DNA of 59,703 nucleotides from Pseudogymnoascus verrucosus (Eukaryota): NCBI GenBank assembly GCA_001662655.1, contig KV460264.1; one strand, 5' to 3'. Shown piece by piece: positions 1 to 9,419 of this stretch (position 1 is its first letter; each line of letters starts with the position of its first letter). The notes under the pieces were generated by a model. It saw only the letters and a program-made list of their open reading frames with translations, ran no database searches and was not told where the DNA came from. The position numbers and the translations under genes were made by a program.

Positions 1-744
1 GGAGCGGTCGGCGTCTTTGGCGCAGTCGTAGAGGAAGGCGGAGAATTCGGTTTTGACGCTGAGGCGGAGGGGGTGGGAGCCCCAGAGGAGCCGCTCGGCG
101 AGGTCGTTGGCTTCCTGGAAGGCGGCCATGGCGGTAGGGATGTAGTCGCGGCTTTGGAGGAGGAAGTCTGCTGCGGAGCCGGATTGTCGCGCGTCTCGTT
201 GGGCGTCGGGGTGTTGTACAGGTCCGCCTTCTAGTGGGTGTGAGGGCTGGACTGAGGACGAGCGAGATTCGGGGGGTGATGGAATGGTTGGTGTATGTGA
301 TGTGCCTGGTATGGCGGGTGCCTTTCCCTTGTCCTGCTTCTGTCGTGGGGATAGTAGCCCTGGTGGGGTTGTGATCTGGCGCGGCCCGGCTGAATTGATT
401 GACGGTTGGTTGTGGAAGAGGACAAAGATGTGGTAGAAGGAGGCACGCAGTTTGTAGGTCAGCACTTTGAGTTCCTCAAACGACGAGACCATGTGGAGGA
501 CATATTGCTCCACGATGAGGAGGCCCTCACGGCTGAGCCATATGATGTGGAAGTACAGGTCCAGGCTCTTTGTCGCACGGGTTGGATCGAGCTTTCGCAA
601 TTTGCGCGCGCGAACGAGCTGCTTGGCAAGGACGACGGAGAGGCCAAGTAGCTTGAAGAGCATGGACGACAGGAGCGGGTTATCTGAGGCGATGTTCTTT
701 GCGAATTGCCCCAGGAACTTCTGATCTACCTCCGTGGAGGCCAT
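1..744 (-). CDS. Divergent fungal 14-3-3-like protein (5' part; runs off the window edge)
   Basis: Not in the ORF track because there is no stop inside the window. ATG at 744 gives MASTEVDQKFLGQFAKNIASDNPLLSSMLFKLLGLS...YKLRASFYHIFVLFHNQP. In the same frame at the edge it reads AFQEANDLAERLLWGSHPLRLSVKTEFSAFLYDC, matching the 14-3-3 motif HPxRLGLALNFSVFxY. Confidence 0.8.
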   Translation of the reverse strand, partial: MASTEVDQKFLGQFAKNIASDNPLLSSMLFKLLGLSVVLAKQLVRARKLRKLDPTRATKSLDLYFHIIWLSREGLLIVEQYVLHMVSSFEELKVLTYKLRASFYHIFVLFHNQPSINSAGPRQITTPPGLLSPRQKQDKGKAPAIPGTSHTPTIPSPPESRSSSVQPSHPLEGGPVQHPDAQRDARQSGSAADFLLQSRDYIPTAMAAFQEANDLAERLLWGSHPLRLSVKTEFSAFLYDCAKDADRS

Positions 745-1687
745 GAAGTATGGAATTGAGAGAAAGAAGTCGGAGAGGGAGATCGGCGGCGACGGCGACG
801 AGGAAAGGGGACTCTTATTCTCAGTGTCGGCGGTAGATTGAGGTGACATCGCAGGATGCGCGCGCTGGGACGTGACGCTACGCTGGTTTTATGGTAGGTG
901 CAGCGGAGGTGGAGAAGCCAATTGAGGATATGCAGTAGTGATCCATGAACGACGAACGGGAAGGTGGCTGGACAAATCCAGGAATGGGGAGTCCCACAGA
1001 CGGACAGGCGGGAGTCAATTGAGGGTGGAATCGACGTTAATTGGGCCTCATAGGGCGTTTATTCAGGCATTTAGACGTGTACGAGCGTGTCAATCGTGTC
1101 AATCGTGGCAATTGCGTGGGGGATGACGGGGTCGACTGGGTATTCGGGATAAAGTTGGCAGGGCAAGGTCGTTCTTTCCCTGGTGTTGTCGTCTGTGTGG
1201 TGTTGTGTATGCGTGTATGTATTCGACACTTGCACTTGCCAACGCATCAACCGGCCTCCTCACAGACCCAGGGCGAACGAAGCCCTTGCTCTTTTTCTTC
1301 CCTTTTCTCCCCACTCTCCCAGGTTTGGCACGCACTTCACACGCACTTAGCCACCCACGGGTCGTAATAGCGGCAAGGTTAGGTTGCGCTATATGTGTGG
1401 ACTGGAGTAGTGGGAGTATGGGCTGGAGTGGTGGGAGTAGTACTGGGAGTAGCACTGTCCTGGCAGTAGTACTGTCTGTCCCTGGTAATGAACGGCTGAC
1501 TGATTGACGTTTGGACCTTGTAGAATAAGGACTAAGGGATAATAAATGGCGTGTTAGTTACCGTTTCCTTTCTCCTCAGATGCAGGAGAGCTGCACGGTG
1601 AAGGAGGAGGAGTGGCGGTGAAGCGGTGAAGATGGAATTGGACGTTTGAACGGGGACAAAGAGCAAAGATGCGCGATGGCCAACTAA

Positions 1688-1720
1688 AGCCAATCTAGCC
1701 AATCTAGCCAATCTAGCCAA
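1688..1720 (+). repeat. Tandem 9-mer (AGCCAATCT) x3.7; each full unit contains CCAAT
   Basis: agccaatct agccaatct agccaatct agccaa read directly from the sequence. Confidence 0.9.
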
Positions 1721-1747
1721 CCGAGGTTTCCCAGCAGGGGTCCTTGG

Positions 1748-1799
1748 GATCCGTTTAGGTCCGTTTGGGTCCGTTTGGATCCGTTTGGGGTCAGTTCGG
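1748..1799 (+). repeat. Degenerate 10-mer tandem repeat (GG[A/G]TCCGTTT-like) x~5
   Basis: ggatccgttt aggtccgttt gggtccgttt ggatccgttt ggggtcagttcgg. Confidence 0.8.
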
Positions 1800-3486
1800 T
1801 GTCTTGGTTGTCTGGGGTGGCCTGCGCGCGGATCGGGACGTTATGGGCGCTAAGGAAACTCCGGGTTTCGGTTTCTGTCTCTTTTTTCGCCGGCCCGTGA
1901 GATTGATCCTTTTCTTCCTTTTCTCCTTGATAGTTCTTCCGGTGCGTGTGTGGTTTGTCTAGACTAGAGAACCAACCGATCCGCTTTTGATGTGTGTGTG
2001 TATATATATACTCGATTATACTCAATCCTACACCCTTCGCGCGCGCCAATTGATACACTCACTATCTTCATTCTCACGGTCGCAAACATACTACTCCCCT
2101 CCCTGACCATCATAGCCCTATGAAGCAACCATGTACCTGTGCTATACTAAACACACCATATAGTACAAGTCAGTTACAAGGTAACCGCGCGCTCAAACAT
2201 CAATGGAGATCAAGGGCTTAGCGCCTTATCTCAGGGCGCTACGTCCAATATCAATTAGCGACATCTCAAAAGACAAAACATCGTGTAAAACTTCTTGTCT
2301 CACATGTCACTATGAGATGAGATATGATATGATGGATGCTCCTTCTCTTTACAGCCAACCAGGTTCGTCTGGAGTTTGAAGTTGAGCAACCCCTTTTCAT
2401 CGTTCATTTCAATACATTATTATATCTCAAAAAACCATGTTTGCTGGCCTCATCTTCTATTTCAAATTGCCCCACCACCTGTGCCTAAACTTAATCATCG
2501 ACATCACGTCGTCCCTGCATCTTCCCGGTCCACCGTCACGTCAGTTCGCTGTCCTGCAGCCTCATCATTGCTTCTCATTCCAAATCGTCTCGTTTCATAC
2601 AACCATGCTGTGCTACGTTTTCATATTTCTCCCACGTGCACCGGCTACTTGAATCCTGATCTCCGCCCTTCTTTGCAGATCGCCATCGCGGGTTACGCCT
2701 GTCAAACACCTGTAGTCAGGTCCGGCATTTTATATATATAAACCTTGATATGCCGGAGTTAAGGTTTGCTCCCGAGGTTCGACCTCTCCTCTGCCCTCCT
2801 TCTCAGACTAGCTCCATCTCAGCAAGCCAAGTATTTGCCATTCCCTATCCGCCTTGCATTCTCTTGTTACTCCAAACACACAAACCCCAATTGCCCTGTT
2901 GCCATTTCTGGACGTCTGTTTGCAAATTCCAGCGCCACTGTTTGCGAGTGAGGCTGTTACTCTTAATCTCGGGCCGAGGCCGCCAGCTTCCATGAAGATG
3001 TTTGGTAGCCTAGCTTTTTGACGGCTTGCGGCGAGGCAAGCAGAGTGCCTCCTCACATGATGCCCGTTGAGTCGGGACAGTCTTTCTGTCTCTGCACGTT
3101 GACGAAAAGAGGCTTTTGATGTGGAATCGACAGGCAACGGCCTGGGAGGTGGCGGAGTATAAATGTTCGTGCGTGCGCTGGTGGGGAGTGTAGAGCTCTT
3201 TACCTCACACAGAATCTCAATCACACGATAGAGTTATACACAGCGTCAAGGCACGTTTTGTTCCTGAATCACGGTCAGCGTTGATGCGCTTCAAGACTCA
3301 GCTTTACTTGCTCCTCAAATATTCCACGTGCCCAGTCATCAGGCACGTTATATCACGCCCGTCAGCATAATACTCCGTCTCATCGTCAGCACGACTGCAG
3401 CAGACAAACGTCCGTCTGATCTTCTGCACCACTATCACACTGTCAAAGATCACACCCATCCAATATAGGCACTCACTCACCTCACC

Positions 3487-3729
3487 ATGTGCGACTACTA
3501 TCTCCATATCCACGCGTGCACGCACACCTCGTCCGCCCTCGGCCGGTTCTGCCCGTCAGCCGCACTGATCCAGACGCCTTGCAAAAACAAGCATGTCTGG
3601 CAGTCGATCCGGCTCCCTGATGGCTGTGATGATTGTGGTGGTGATCCAGAAGTGCACGAACAGGGACCCGAGAAGCCGAAAAAAGGCAGGATCGGGATTG
3701 TGAAGAAGAGGGTTGTGAGGAGGAGGTAG
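3487..3729 (+). CDS. Small Cys/His-rich protein (80 aa), possible zinc binder with a basic C-terminal tail
   Basis: Good caccATG start context. The pattern MCxYxxxxxxCxH...C...C...CxxC is typical of small fungal Cys-rich proteins, and the tail KKRVVRRR is NLS-like. Confidence 0.55.
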   Translation: MCDYYLHIHACTHTSSALGRFCPSAALIQTPCKNKHVWQSIRLPDGCDDCGGDPEVHEQGPEKPKKGRIGIVKKRVVRRR

Positions 3730-4078
3730 ATGGTGATATGAGGGGGGCGTGTAGGATTTGTAGGATGGTGGGGTGATGCGGGTGATGCGAGTGTGTGCGG
3801 GTGTGGGCGTCGAATGTATGCTTGAAGTTGTGAAGATGTTAAGATGTTTGGACGGTTCAGTCCTGTGGATGGTGAAGAAGCTATCCAACTGGGACAAAAG
3901 GGATGTAATACTATTTACTATCATCAGCAAATGTACGAAGTCACAAAGTGCCCACTCTTTATGCAAAACAAAGACGAGGAATAAGAAACATGGAAAACAA
4001 TCTAACCGAGCTCTTCGCCTACCTTCCTTTCCTTGTCTCCTTTCACCCTCAAAAGCCTCAAAAAGTGCAAAAAAAAGC

Positions 4079-4330
4079 AAAAATGAAAGGTACAGTACTA
4101 ATGATGAGTCTTCAATTCAGTGAACAAGAAACATCAAATGATCATACTGTACTAAGCCACGATGTACGTGGAACAGCTGATGATATAGAGCGAATCGTTC
4201 TATCACCAGAAAGGCTCCCAGCTGAACGGGGCTCGAACCCGAGCGCTAGGGAATTAAGGAACACCCGAAGGCGTGAAGTTGCCTCTCATGCCTTACCGTT
4301 CGACCAGATGGCCGGCGGCTGTTGGATTCA
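4079..4330 (-). ncRNA. Putative RNA polymerase III-transcribed structured ncRNA with a tRNA-like head (family unknown)
   Basis: On the minus strand: TATATAA (4361-4355), A-box TGGTCGAACGG (4306-4296), B-box GGTTCGAGCCC (4239-4229), three hairpins downstream, then T5/T8/T5 runs (4083-4060). The ends are approximate. Confidence 0.6.
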
Positions 4331-4771
4331 TGGAGGGGGGACGCTTAGGGGGCCTTATATAGGATTAAGCGATCGGGGGGTGGTGGGGAGGGTTTTATAG
4401 GGGGTGGGATGGGGGATGGGGGTTTAAGGGGCCGAGGCGAGAAAGGGGGACAGGTGACTTTGTCAAGTGGCGTGCGGACTTCGTTGGTGTTCTTGGTATG
4501 GAACTACATGACGAGATGTTCCAAAGGGCATTCGTTCTCATCATTTGAAGCTATATTCTCTTTGGATTCCCTTGTGTTTGTTGTTCACAGCAATGTTATC
4601 CCACTCCATCTCCTTCCACACACAACATATGAACTGCACAGAACTGGCAAGAAGAATCGATCTAGAACACTTTCAATTTTAAATCTATTTGTTTCCACCA
4701 ATGCATTTTCACAATACATTGGCGTCTTTTATCCAAAGTTCCTCATCAAGATGCTTCATCTTGCACTCCCC

Positions 4772-5176
4772 TCATTCCTCCCCACCAGCCCCTCTGCCCC
4801 AGAACTTCCTATCAGTTCTCTCATGATGATTAGCCGCCTCAACATACGCCCCCAACCCCTTCTCCAACTTCACCAAATCTGCATTCGCCCTCCCCTGCTC
4901 AGCGTGATATCTCTCCAACGCGGCTCTGAAACTCGCTCCCGCAGCTCCCGGCAACTGGTTTGCGACGTTGTTGGAGGGGCCGACGAGGTCGTTGTCTATG
5001 TTGGTGATTTGGTTGTGGGCGGTGAAGAGGCGGTGCTGGAGGACTTTGAGGGCGCCTAGGTTGATGCCGGTGCGGGTGTCGAGGGTGGTGATGTCGTCGG
5101 CGGCTTCCAGGAGGGTGGGGGAGGTGATGGCGAGGAGGGGGAGGAGGAGGAGGGTGAGGGTTTGGGTGAAGTGCAT
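4772..5176 (-). CDS. Secreted small protein (134 aa) with a WXG100/ESAT-6-like helical hairpin
   Basis: ATG at 5176 in caccATG context, with a TATA-like element near 5298-5304. Signal peptide MHFTQTLTLLLLPLLAITSP, pro-region ending LDTR, then QLPGAAGASFRAALERY...LxxLxxxL...HERTD. Intronless. Confidence 0.75.
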   Translation of the reverse strand: MHFTQTLTLLLLPLLAITSPTLLEAADDITTLDTRTGINLGALKVLQHRLFTAHNQITNIDNDLVGPSNNVANQLPGAAGASFRAALERYHAEQGRANADLVKLEKGLGAYVEAANHHERTDRKFWGRGAGGEE

Positions 5177-5349
5177 GGTGATGGTTTGGAAAGTGTGAGT
5201 TGGTTGGATAGATCTTGAGTTTATTTTGCTGGTTTGGCTTTGATTGTTTGTGGTGATGATGAGATGAGAGATACTCACCGTGGTAGATGGGGGGCCTGTA
5301 TATACCCATTTTATCACTGCCATTGCCAGCGAATATCACATCATTTTAC

Positions 5350-5511
5350 CCTTGCCTCAAGGCCAAATGCCGAAAGCGAGGCTATCACAATGTCCAAACC
5401 TATACCAGACACCGTCGCCCATCACCCTTGCCTTGCCTCAAGGTAAAAGGCCGAAAGCGAAGCTATCACGACATCCAAACCTATACTAGACATCGCCGCC
5501 CATCACCCTTG
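5350..5511 (+). repeat. 81-bp tandem duplication (2 imperfect copies)
   Basis: The unit ccttgcctcaagg...gccgaaagcga.gctatcac...ccaaacctatac.agaca.cg.cgcccatcacccttg starts at 5350 and again at 5431. Confidence 0.9.
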
Positions 5512-5518
5512 CATCGCT

Positions 5519-5598
5519 AAGTTGAAAGGCACAGCTAAATCGCAGTAACACTACCATTACCAAGCTGAAAGCACAGTTGAATCGCAGTAACACCAACC
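5519..5598 (+). repeat. Two imperfect ~37-bp direct repeats ~43 bp apart
   Basis: aagttgaaaggcacagctaaatcgcagtaacactacc versus aagctgaaagcacagttgaatcgcagtaacaccaacc. Confidence 0.85.
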
Positions 5599-6495
5599 CC
5601 TAGATTCTTATTCGGTCGTTTCAACGACCATAAGGCTGTATCAACGCTAGAAACGCTGCTTCTCCCATTGTCTCCGCGCCAATCTTGCGCCTCCACAATC
5701 CTGTCAACGATATTTGGCGAGGGCGTGGTGGAGGCTCCATTGCTGCTAATCCGGGATCACTGCAAAGATGAGGTTTCTCGATGACTTCGATATCCTTGCT
5801 GTAGGGTTTTGAGCCGGCCGGCGGGTGTGAGTTGTCATGTTTCTGTCGTCTTACTCGCGAGTCTTGGCTTGCATGTTGCGGCGTTATTTGGGACGCGAGG
5901 GGTACCGGAAAACTGCCAGACGGGGGAAAGATAGTCCATCTCTGAGGCTGTCTTTTTCAAATTATTATGCGTGGCTAAAGTGCTTGGAAATCCTGTGGTG
6001 TTAGACGTTTTTTTGTCTACATTCGTGGTCTTGGATGTTGTGCCTGTGAGCAAATATCAAAGCCCTTCAATAGTAGTGAGATTGGGAGAACTTGAAACAC
6101 CCATAATCGCGATACAGGATCGAGTTATTAAGGATAAAGTTTATTATCGGATTGTAGCTTGTTTATGATTCCCCATGCCGTCTAGAAGTCCAGGGAGCTG
6201 TGTGCATCTTCTGGTTGGTCAGTAGCAGCAGCAAGGTGCAACAAAACAGTGAAACTCTAAGAGCTATCTGTTGAACCCGATCTCTATGATTACCAATAAT
6301 AGAAGCGAGCCATTGCACCATTCTTTTCTGATATAAGCGCGCCGGCATTCAACCAGCGTTTAAAGCCAACTAACGCCTTCACCTGCAACCCCCCGAACGC
6401 CTCCCCCTCCCCACCACCCCATCCAAGGTCAAATAGCAACCAGCCCCCATGTGCAAATCATAATTGTCCGACGCCTCTAACTCCAGCCCAGCCAG

Positions 6496-7444
6496 TCAGC
6501 CTTGTTCAAATTTAGCTTTTATAACCTCGCTCCCCACCATCCGCCCTGTCATGTTATAGAAGCCCGCCTGGACATGCATCCACTTGAGTTCCCTGTATCG
6601 TTCCTCCACATTTGCCAGCACTTCGAGGTCGCCAATAGTCCAGATGGAGTCAGGTACCAGTACTTTCTTTCCATTCTCTGCCTCCAGCGCAGCTTTGTCA
6701 ACCACGATCTTGTCTTTCTCCCCCTTCTCTCCCTTGCCGCCATTATCCGCCTTCCCTCCTCCCTTCTCCCCTTTGCCTTTCTTCTGGAGTTTAGCAGGGG
6801 ATTTGGAGTCCTCAGTCGGCTCATCTTCCTTAAACATCCCCGGCATATCACCGAAGGGGAAGGGGTCATCGTTGTAGCCGCTCTTTTCGCCTGCCTTACT
6901 GAGTTCTTTGAACCGGATCGTGACGTCTTTCTTTGATGCGCCGACTTCCTGGGCAATCATCTTCCAGCTGTTTCCTGCTTTCTTCATGGCAAGGATCTTG
7001 TCGTCTTGGGCTTTTGTCCATCCTGATGATTGTTGTGCTTGCTTGTTCTGCTACTCGCGATTATCAGCATCTGGCGATAATAGGTGATAATAACAAGGGG
7101 CGGGGGTCTACCTCTTCCTTCTTCGCAATTTCATCTTTCGGCACAGCCTTTTTTAGAGCCTCAGCCCTTCGTTCTTTCTCCTTATTCCCCTTCTCAGCAT
7201 CTTTCTTCGTGTCTGTGACTTTGTCCTTTGACACCCGCCTGTTCTGGTAATATCTCTTCTCGTTGAGTTTGGAGTTGTCAATGAAATTGCATTTTGGATT
7301 GAGTTCTTTGTTGGCATCACCGCTTGGTAATCGTTCGCCTGGTTTTCTCTGCCTTGGGGGCACAGTGACGAGGGGTCCTCCCAGGATCCAGTTGGTGAAG
7401 GAGATCCTTGGTTGTGCAGCTCCGGCTTCCAATGTGCGCGACAT
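6496..7444 (-). CDS. Myb/SANT-like domain protein (2 exons: 7444-7112, 7050-6496)
   Basis: A 61-bp GT..AG intron (7111-7051) joins two ORFs in frame. This restores WTKAQDDKILAMKKAGNSWKMIAQEVGASKKDVTIRF (Myb-like W..W spacing). A second WT..D..L...KW repeat lies near the C-terminus. Confidence 0.75.
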
Positions 7445-8038
7445 GGTCGGCGAGGTTTGTGATTGTGGATTTCAAAACGTGTTGACGAAAAGGGGATACA
7501 GGGTGTGAATATAGATGAATATCAAATGAGTGTGAGGTAGTGGCAGAGCTTGGGCATGAAGCTATTGATATGAAATGGTCTAATGGAAGTGAACTCAAGA
7601 ACCATCACCATATACCATAGTAAACGTTGGTGAACATGCCATCCGCCAACAGTGAGTAAACTGGACAGTAAATGGATCAGAGAGACCTGACTTAATAGTC
7701 TACAACACGAATAATAAAGAAATAAGACGCAAAGGAGATTGGATGGACAATGTATTAAATATTATTTATTTTTTGTCCTCCAGTTAAATAATATAATTAC
7801 CAATCTTTGAGGCGGTTGTTTGAATGAATCACGCACTGTTCGCGGATATACGGCTTCAATTACTAAAATACTGATGCAGAAATAATGAAAAATAACTTAT
7901 GCTTTGATTGATATAAATTTTGATATCGCTTTTGACGTATTGCAGCGACATTGCTGGGCATGGACACTGTCATATAATGTCAGTGGGGATCTGTTGCGTC
8001 AAATGGTGGGGTAAGATTATTCAGTTGGAAAAGTTCGC

Positions 8039-8080
8039 CACGTGACCTAAAATTTAACGCCAAGCCCTCAAGCGAGGGCT
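8039..8080 (+). promoter_or_regulatory. RPL1 promoter: CACGTGAC (Cbf1/bHLH-type) plus palindrome AGCCCTC-N4-GAGGGCT
   Basis: CACGTGAC at 8039-8046 and an inverted repeat at 8063-8080, about 95-135 bp upstream of the RPL1 ATG. Confidence 0.5.
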
Positions 8081-8174
8081 GTCCCACAATTGAAATTTCG
8101 AAATCAACCTCAACTGATCAACTAACCACAGCACAAATCCTCACCAATAGAACCCTATTGGAAGACTTGCGATC

Positions 8175-9041
8175 ATGGCCTCAAAGATCTCAGTCGGTAT
8201 GTTCCCAAATCAATCCGCAGCGCTCTAGATGGCGATAGCAATAGCGATAGCGATGGCGATGCTGACTTCTTTCCCTCACAGCCGGAGTGCGAACCCACGT
8301 CCAGGAGCTCCTTGAGTACTCCTTGGAGACCAAGAAGCGCAACTTCCTCGAGACCGTCGAGTTGCAAATTGGCCTCAAGAACTACGATCCCCAACGTGAT
8401 AAGCGTTTCTCTGGAACCATCAAGCTCCCCCAGGTTCCCCGCCCAAACATGGCCATCTGGTATGTTCGACCCGAGCGCAAATATATTGCGACGCACGAAT
8501 GAAGGAAGGACTTGCGCTGACACGATTGTAGCATTCTCGGTGACCAGCACGATATCGATCGTGCCAAGCACGGTGGTGTTGACGCCATGTCTGCTGATGA
8601 CTTGAAGAAGCTCAACAAGAACAAGAAGCTGATCAAGAAGCTCGCACGCAAGTACGATGCCTTCATCGCTTCCGATGCTCTTATCAAGCAGATTCCCCGT
8701 CTCTTGGGTCCCGGTCTCTCCAAGGGTAAGCCACTTTCCACTCACCACATGCGCGTTCAATTCTGACAAATTATGCAGCTGGCAAGTTCCCTACCCCAGT
8801 CTCCCACAACGAGTCCCTCTCCGACAAGATCACCGACGTCAAGTCCACCATCAAGTTCCAGTTGAAGAAGGTTCTCTGCATGGGTGTCGCTGTCGGCAAC
8901 GTCAGCATGACTGAGGACCAGCTGATCTCCAACATCATGTTGTCCATCAACTACCTCGTCTCTCTCCTCAAGAAGGGGTGGCAGAACGTTGGAAGCTTGA
9001 CCATCAAGGCTTCCATGTCCCCACCAAAGCGCGTCTACTAG
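8175..9041 (+). CDS. RPL1: 60S ribosomal protein uL1 (L1/L10a); exons 8175-8196, 8282-8459, 8532-8725, 8779-9041
   Basis: [21 protein letters not shown]...[28 protein letters not shown]...[13 protein letters not shown]...[23 protein letters not shown], with three canonical introns. Confidence 0.98.
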
Positions 9042-9381
9042 ATGTGATACTAGTCGCTCTTTACTGAGATACTAGTTATGGTTCGTAGCTCTAGCGTAAT
9101 ATAAATTCAAAAAGCTGGCCATACAAAACGAGATTTTCAAACAATTTGTGACCTAGGTGCGCGTGCAATGCTATTTCAAAGCGTAACGTCTGTCCCTGCG
9201 TCGACAGACGAATATATAGTTTCAGAATCACATGAATTTTCTAGGCAAGCCTACGGAGTTGTTATTAATATATCATTTTCTTTAACCATTCCTCCCTGAG
9301 AAGACCCCTTAGCAAGAAGACGACCACAGTTGATCATCCTATCGATCGTTCTAATCATGCCACTGACTACCGCTTCCGCTG

Positions 9382-9419
9382 CCCCCCCCCCCCCCCCCCC
9401 CGCCCCCCCCCCCCCCCCC
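9382..9419. repeat. Poly-C tract (poly-G on the minus strand), ~38 nt with one G interruption
   Basis: Seen directly in the sequence. Confidence 0.9.

Noticed and set aside
4090..4152. Plus-strand C/D snoRNA (ATGATGA inside a terminal stem)
   Set aside because: There is no CTGA D box before the closing stem and no recognisable rRNA guide. The stem is better explained by the minus-strand hairpin.
4215..4315. Canonical tRNA (Leu-CAA, or Sec because of a CTTCA)
   Set aside because: There is no 7-bp acceptor stem, the anticodon loop lacks the Y-U-NNN-R pattern, the TCA is not in an anticodon loop, and extra sequence precedes the T-arm.
4079..4330. SRP (7SL) RNA, RNase P/MRP RNA or U6
   Set aside because: The A/B boxes resemble those of fungal SRP RNA, but I see no GCTGTAATGGC Alu start or helix-8 GNRA motif, no convincing P/MRP conserved regions and no U6 ACAGAGA box. 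A covariance search is still needed.
4409..5059. 216-aa plus-strand ORF and nearby ORFs 3556-4080 and 3948-4400
   Set aside because: They are antisense to or overlap better-supported features and have no protein-like motifs.
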